Shown here: piece after piece, positions 58,782 to 64,000 of the stretch | Layout: each line of letters opens with the position of its first letter | How positions within the stretch are numbered: the stretch's first letter is position 1 | Assembly: GCA_965644495.1 (NCBI GenBank) | Contig: CBFFSA010000012.1 | Span: 186,001-250,000, forward strand | Direction of reading: 5' to 3' | DNA length: 64,000 nucleotides | Source of the DNA: Perkinsela sp. CCAP 1560/9 | Lineage: Eukaryota > Protista > Euglenozoa: Kinetoplastea | Notes under the pieces: generated by a model | What the model saw: only the letters and a program-made list of their open reading frames with translations | Databases searched by the model: none | Told to the model about the DNA's origin: nothing | Translations under genes and position numbers: made by a program

Positions 58782-59277
58782 AAAAATGCAAGTTTTGATC
58801 CAATAGATGTCGTATAATTTTAATACCCTGACCAGTGATTGCTACTGTCTCAGTTGCTGAGCGGTTAAAGTGTGCTTAACCTTGAATTTTTTGCTTTTGC
58901 TATTTTTCAAATACACCTCGAATTGACATGAATGGATTAAGGCTTCGGAAAAGAAACATAGAAGTATTTATATTATTTGAATAAACTATAGGCGCAACCC
59001 GTAGTGAATACAAATTAAAGACCATTAGGTAACGTTCGAAATGTTTTCTATTCACCGAAATATTCTTTTTTTCCTATTCATTTGCTAAATTTTATTGGAA
59101 AATTGAAATTTCACAGCGTTGTGTTTCTTTCGTTTGCAATTTTTTCATTCATTCAGCTTTAATTTCTACGTGTTTGTTGCTCACTTGCGGGTCTGACGAG
59201 TGGGTGAGAATTTGATGTCTGCCCATTCTATATTTCTTAAATTTTTTGAAGCAATTTATTGGCTTTACTCTATTCAC

Positions 59278-59997
59278 ATGCCACACATACCCGCCCAGGT
59301 ACGTCTAGGGGTAAACGACGCAGACACCATTGCTCTACGTGAGCGTTCTATTCTAAGCTCTCGAAGCCTCAACCAGCGTGCGATGCAGCTGAAGAAACGC
59401 AAAGCCAGCGATGTGTTTTCCGAGTCCTTCGCCACGGATTCACTTTCTAGAATACTTCCCTGTGGAAGTTCGCGTGCTCTCGCAATAGAACGGGAGGTTG
59501 CAAGGATTGAGGATAAAAGTTCAACATCACAAAAAGGAAATACATCATATAAGGAAACAAGCAACGTAGAATCGAACACGAGACGAACGAAGCTACTCGA
59601 TCTTGATGAAAAGAACAATGAGAAGACAACGCTATCATTGAATGAAAATAGTTTGTCCGTAGACTCTGCAGAGGACGTCGACTCAGAAGAGGAACTGGAA
59701 AGGGAGCTTGAGAAACTTCGTTCGACGAAACAGTTAGTCAATCGCAATGCCGAAACATCCTTTTCAAGAAACAAAGAGGGGGCATCAATGCATGCCATAG
59801 AGTCAGGGGAACAGTCAGACCTTCTTTGGATGGAAGATGGTTTGGAAATTATTTCAGAAGAGGACGTCGACTCGGAATCCAATAATTCCGACACTCTTAC
59901 GAGTACTTCGATTCGCACCGCTGCTAAAACATTGAATCCGCTGGCACAATGGGAGCGCACAAAAAGCGAGTCATTTTTGTCACGTCACTTTAAATAA
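59278..59997 (+). CDS. CWC15: Probable Cwc15/Cwf15 spliceosomal protein (divergent)
   Basis: N-terminal SSRSL-LKKRK, acidic middle with ELERELEKLR, W-x-ED motif, C-terminal FLSRHFK, matching Cwc15 architecture. Confidence 0.55.
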   Translation: MPHIPAQVRLGVNDADTIALRERSILSSRSLNQRAMQLKKRKASDVFSESFATDSLSRILPCGSSRALAIEREVARIEDKSSTSQKGNTSYKETSNVESNTRRTKLLDLDEKNNEKTTLSLNENSLSVDSAEDVDSEEELERELEKLRSTKQLVNRNAETSFSRNKEGASMHAIESGEQSDLLWMEDGLEIISEEDVDSESNNSDTLTSTSIRTAAKTLNPLAQWERTKSESFLSRHFK

Positions 59998-60424
59998 TCT
60001 CTATTTTGGTTTTTCTTTCGGTGCGGGTCATTAGCCAAGGGACCACATCGGTCCACGAGTGTGCTTATAAAGATTTGTTCAATTTGCCGAGAACGGATGG
60101 TCTCTGCGATGACTTTTGCTCAGGTTGAACCCCTCTGGCAGGTCGGTTTTTGCCCCTCCCTCCTTTTTCGGCTTCGAAAAACAGGTTTCATCTTTTGGAA
60201 TTGATTGACACAGTACCTTATGCGGCCGCAGTGCTCACTTCATGAACAGTAGCAGCAATGCGCTCCAACTTTTTCGTTAATTCGGTGACAGTACGAGTGC
60301 TTAACACTGATGCTAGAGCCAACTGCTCGTAATCATTTCCGTTTGCCATCCTTCGACTTGTATCGATATCGTCAAATTTAATCTAAACTTAGTTTACCTA
60401 TAAAACTCAATATGCACTTTTTAT

Positions 60425-60485
60425 AGGGAACGCCCAGATTGTAAAAGCGGCGATGCAAGACTGGTACCGCCGGGGCATGCGCTAA
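60425..60485 (+). mobile_element. Tiny 3' remnant of the CRE-like element
   Basis: GNAQIVKAAMQDWYRRG matches GNAQIVQAALQDWYRRG at 35425-35475. Confidence 0.75.
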
Positions 60486-60572
60486 CTGGGCTGGGTGGGA
60501 GAGGACAAACTTTTTTACACTTCAAATTTCCTTCACAGCCGAATATCTACATAGCTTTACAAGAGAACACTC

Positions 60573-61424
60573 ATGATTTTGCACTTTACGGTTTTCCTTG
60601 TTCACGCAGCCGATGATTCGAATGCAATTATTACACAGCGAACCCTTCCGGGTAAGGTACGAGGTTCCCATTTACCACAGGAATACGAACTTTCACGTTT
60701 CATTGCCGATGTAGATAATACGGACCTTTCCTGGAACACATCGACACCTGCGTGTGAGTGGGAGGGCGTAATTTGCAATGAGCATCTAAAAGTTACAAGA
60801 ATTTGTTGGGGCGATAAGGGTCTTACTGGAATGCTTCAATGGGAATACCTCTCTCCTACGCTACATCACTGCCGCATTTGGCGGAACAAGCTTACCGGAA
60901 ACGTAACCCTTAATGTGCTGCCCTCCCAACTTGTTCAATTACGTGCATCCCACAATGCTTTCAAAGGTTCGTTGGATTTTATTCACATGCCACATACATT
61001 GGAATGGCTTACTCTGCATGGCAATCAGTTTACGGGCAGTGTAGATTTGACCCAATTGCCTCCACGTTTAACACATTTCTTCTTGCGTAACAACAATTTT
61101 TCTGGAAGCATTGACTTTACCCGTTGGCCGTCAAATCTTAATCACATCAGTTTATCAAATAATTTTTTTACTGGGCCTCTTGAATTACAACATTTACCTT
61201 CATCCCTCCAAATCCTCGAATGCGACAACAATCTTTTTTCTGGTTTGGTGATGTTTGAAAATCTTCCTGACCGACTTCGAGTTCTTTCTTTGAAAAACAA
61301 TGCTGAACTGAACGGCGCAGTTGACTTGTCCAAACTTCCCGTACGAGTGGAACAGATTCATATCAATGGCACCCAGGTGGTAAAAATAGAAAAGCGAAAG
61401 AAGAACCATGAATCACAAAGTTAA
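60573..61424 (+). CDS. LRR protein with hydrophobic N-terminus
   Basis: LPQEY, TPACEWEGVIC cap, ~8 LRR units. Confidence 0.9.
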   Translation: MILHFTVFLVHAADDSNAIITQRTLPGKVRGSHLPQEYELSRFIADVDNTDLSWNTSTPACEWEGVICNEHLKVTRICWGDKGLTGMLQWEYLSPTLHHCRIWRNKLTGNVTLNVLPSQLVQLRASHNAFKGSLDFIHMPHTLEWLTLHGNQFTGSVDLTQLPPRLTHFFLRNNNFSGSIDFTRWPSNLNHISLSNNFFTGPLELQHLPSSLQILECDNNLFSGLVMFENLPDRLRVLSLKNNAELNGAVDLSKLPVRVEQIHINGTQVVKIEKRKKNHESQS

Positions 61425-62073
61425 AAGTTCGTGACAAAATTAGTATCATTACATGCGTAAAAGAGAGAAATTCAAATTTTTCAAGTGTACTTAAATTTAA
61501 GGTGAATTCAAAAAGGCTATATTGCGTTATTTAGCAAAGACACTATTTTCTCGCTATGTACTGCAAGCAAACGCGACTTTTTTGTAGCGTCATTTTAAAT
61601 AATCTCTATTTTGTGCTTCCCTTTTACTGTCGGAAGCATTGCAGAAGGATCGCTTGAGTAGAGGGTATTCTCTGAATAAAAAGTTCACGCACACTTTTTC
61701 GTAGATTCTGGACGACATTGTAATAAACCTCGAAAGTGCAGATGAACTTTTTTTGAAACGTACATTTGTTTCTGTAGTCAATTACTTTTGCTTCTCGTAG
61801 TCTACTCCTTCCTCGTCGAACCATGAAGTGGCAATAACCTAAAAAGTTAAAAGTGTAACTAAACGTATCTAAATAGCATGTAATGAGCTAACAAACGGAA
61901 AACAAAATGGAAAATTTTTATAGAAAACGGTGCCACTTTGCCTGCACCCCTAAGATTCATCAAACATTGCACTTTTATACGATTTTAGAGAAATATTTGC
62001 GCATGCTTCAAGAGGAGTGCAGTTAGCATACGTGAAATTGATATGCACACGTTTTCAGCGCAGTTCTTTCATA

Positions 62074-62115
62074 CAGGGGGTTTTGACCCCCCCCATATTT
62101 TCGTGCCACCCCCTG
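62074..62115. mobile_element. 42-bp minimal derivative of the 4299-family MITE
   Basis: TA-CAGGGGG...CCCCATATTTTCGTGCCACCCCCTG-TA. Confidence 0.7.
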
Positions 62116-62306
62116 TATCTCCTTCCATATCAATTTTATGTAAGTTAGTGCAAGTGGAATACCCTTGAAAGGAGATCACAACATTTTTGTGAAAAAAATC
62201 AATTCAAATTTATTCCACTTCTTATTTATTGAATGACAGTATTTTTCATTGCTTTACCTATTGCACATCCCCTATTGTTCCACTACATAATACTTTGGGA
62301 CTATCA

Positions 62307-63143
62307 ATGATTTTATTCGGACTATTGTCGGATGCGGAAACGCGGATGTCAAAGAGGCGCAAAATAAGTAACCAGAAAGAATTTTCTGTCGAGGAATTAC
62401 CCGCAGCATCTCTTCCGAAGGCTAATCCAACATCAGCGTCACGCGTTACGCGGAGGGGGAAAATCAGTTGCATCACATTGCCTCAAGAATATGCGTTAGA
62501 AAAATTGGTACTCGGACTAATTACCAAGCCAGAACAGTGGACCGCTGCGACACCTGCTTGTGAGTGGACTGGAATTAAATGCGATGAGAGTGGAAACATT
62601 GAAGAGATCCGCTGGGCTTGGAAAGCTCTAAAAGGCTCGTTTGACTTTGAACATATCCCTGCGACCGTCGTAAGATTTGTCGCACGTAGCAGCGGCATCT
62701 CGGGAAATGTAAATTTAGAAAATCTTCCTACCGGAAGTTGCCTTCATACGTTAAGACTCGACAACAATGCTCTTAATGGCTCATTAGCTTTGACATCTCT
62801 CCCTCAAAGTATAGTGGCGGTCGATTTGTCTCACAACTTTTTAACAGGTTGTATAAGTCTCGTTAATTTGCCCCCTAATTTATCAGAACTGAAACTTTCC
62901 TTTAATGACTTTTCAGGACGTTTGACATTGACTGAACTTCCCGCAAATATTGATTCACTTCACTTAAATAACAATAACTTCGAAGGAAGCGTAGATTTGC
63001 ATAATCTCCCACCTCGCATAGGATATCTCCGTTTGCAGGACAACAAACTACTGAGCGGAAAAGTGAGAGTGGCAAAGCTTCCCGTAGTGCTGCTTGACTG
63101 TCTTGCAGGATTATGGTTGGGCACGAAAATATCCCTTGAGTGA
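62307..63143 (+). CDS. LRR protein with KRRK motif
   Basis: LPQEY, TPACEWTGIKC cap, LRR repeats. Confidence 0.9.
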   Translation: MILFGLLSDAETRMSKRRKISNQKEFSVEELPAASLPKANPTSASRVTRRGKISCITLPQEYALEKLVLGLITKPEQWTAATPACEWTGIKCDESGNIEEIRWAWKALKGSFDFEHIPATVVRFVARSSGISGNVNLENLPTGSCLHTLRLDNNALNGSLALTSLPQSIVAVDLSHNFLTGCISLVNLPPNLSELKLSFNDFSGRLTLTELPANIDSLHLNNNNFEGSVDLHNLPPRIGYLRLQDNKLLSGKVRVAKLPVVLLDCLAGLWLGTKISLE

Positions 63144-63166
63144 AGAGAGTGATTTCATTTGCCATA

Positions 63167-63601
63167 CAGGGGGGCACGAAAACTGTTGCACCTGCCATTT
63201 TTGGCTCGTGTGGCCGTTTTGGCTAACTTTTGTTGCATTTTGCAGATCTCAATGTTAATATCATGTTGAAACCACTCTGAATACAAGAGTAAACGGGGCA
63301 GGGTGGTTTTACGGACTCCGAAAACAAGGATTTTAAAGTTTTTGCAAATTTTTTTGGCTATCAAAAAATATCATATTCAACGTTCAGTAGTCAATGGAGC
63401 CACCATTTTTGGCTCGCAGCTCTTGTAATCGAGTTCGGAGGCTCATTACTAATTACCAGCCCTCGTTCAATAGATCATCCTTCGGCTTAACAATGGCGAT
63501 CTTTAGCTCAGACCGATTTTTGGGACGAAGGTGCACGTGGATGTAATCATCGATGATTTCCCACAAAATAGCAGGTGTAGCAGTTTTCATGCCCCCCCCT
63601 G
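63167..63601. mobile_element. Tc1-type MITE related to the 11406 element
   Basis: CAGGGGGGCACGAAAACTG / CAGTTTTCATGCCCCCCCCTG, TA TSD. Confidence 0.8.
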
Positions 63602-64000
63602 TATACTACTGTAGGAATCTATACTCATTTTTTTCACTTTTTACCCCCCTTTAATTATTATTATTCTTAATTTGCCAACTTTGACCATGCCCACCCAGGA
63701 CCCAGAGGGGGTGATAGGCAAACAAAGCGCAGGAAACGCTCTAGTTTTTCGAGATCTGTTGAATGCCGAAGGAATTAGATCAAAAGCTCTTGCGGTGTGC
63801 TCTGTAGCCCGGAGGGAAACCAATTCCTGGACTGTATTTTACATTTACATTGGGCTGCGTATGTGCTTTTTTGGTGAAAATAGATATTTTCTCCATAAAT
63901 ACTGCAGAGGTGTGTTAGCATGTAGCGATCTTTTTTTTTTTTTAAATTGAAAATTAATAGATCTTTTTAAAAAATAAAAAGGTGCATAGATAAAAAATGC

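Overview
Eukaryotic, intron-free and very transposon-rich DNA, most likely from a kinetoplastid or closely related euglenozoan (possibly Perkinsela-like). The evidence is repeated matches to the conserved spliced-leader (SL) core GATACAGTTTCTGTA and the fact that every host-like gene lies on the + strand, as in a polycistronic cluster. Host genes are about ten LRR genes/pseudogenes (three are near-identical triplicates), a histone-fold/HMG-box fusion, mitochondrial HSP90 (TRAP1), a probable Cwc15 and one GC-rich hypothetical gene. Between them lie Tc1-like, pogo-like, hAT, Merlin and KDZ/Zisupton-like DNA transposon remnants, many MITEs and CRE-clade retrotransposon fragments. The most striking signal is an SL-based retroelement system. 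A structured ~570-620 bp SINE-like family starts with the 3' part of the SL exon (copies at 14678, 19866, 33058 and a 5'-truncated copy at 50163). A near-intact RLE non-LTR retrotransposon (HERO/NeSL-like motifs, not CRE-like) sits inside one SINE's SL head with a 25-bp target duplication ending at the exon boundary. SINE and LINE share a 3' hairpin-TGA-tail structure, and the whole 5.8-kb nest splits one LRR gene. Family assignments rest on motif recognition by eye; no searches were run.
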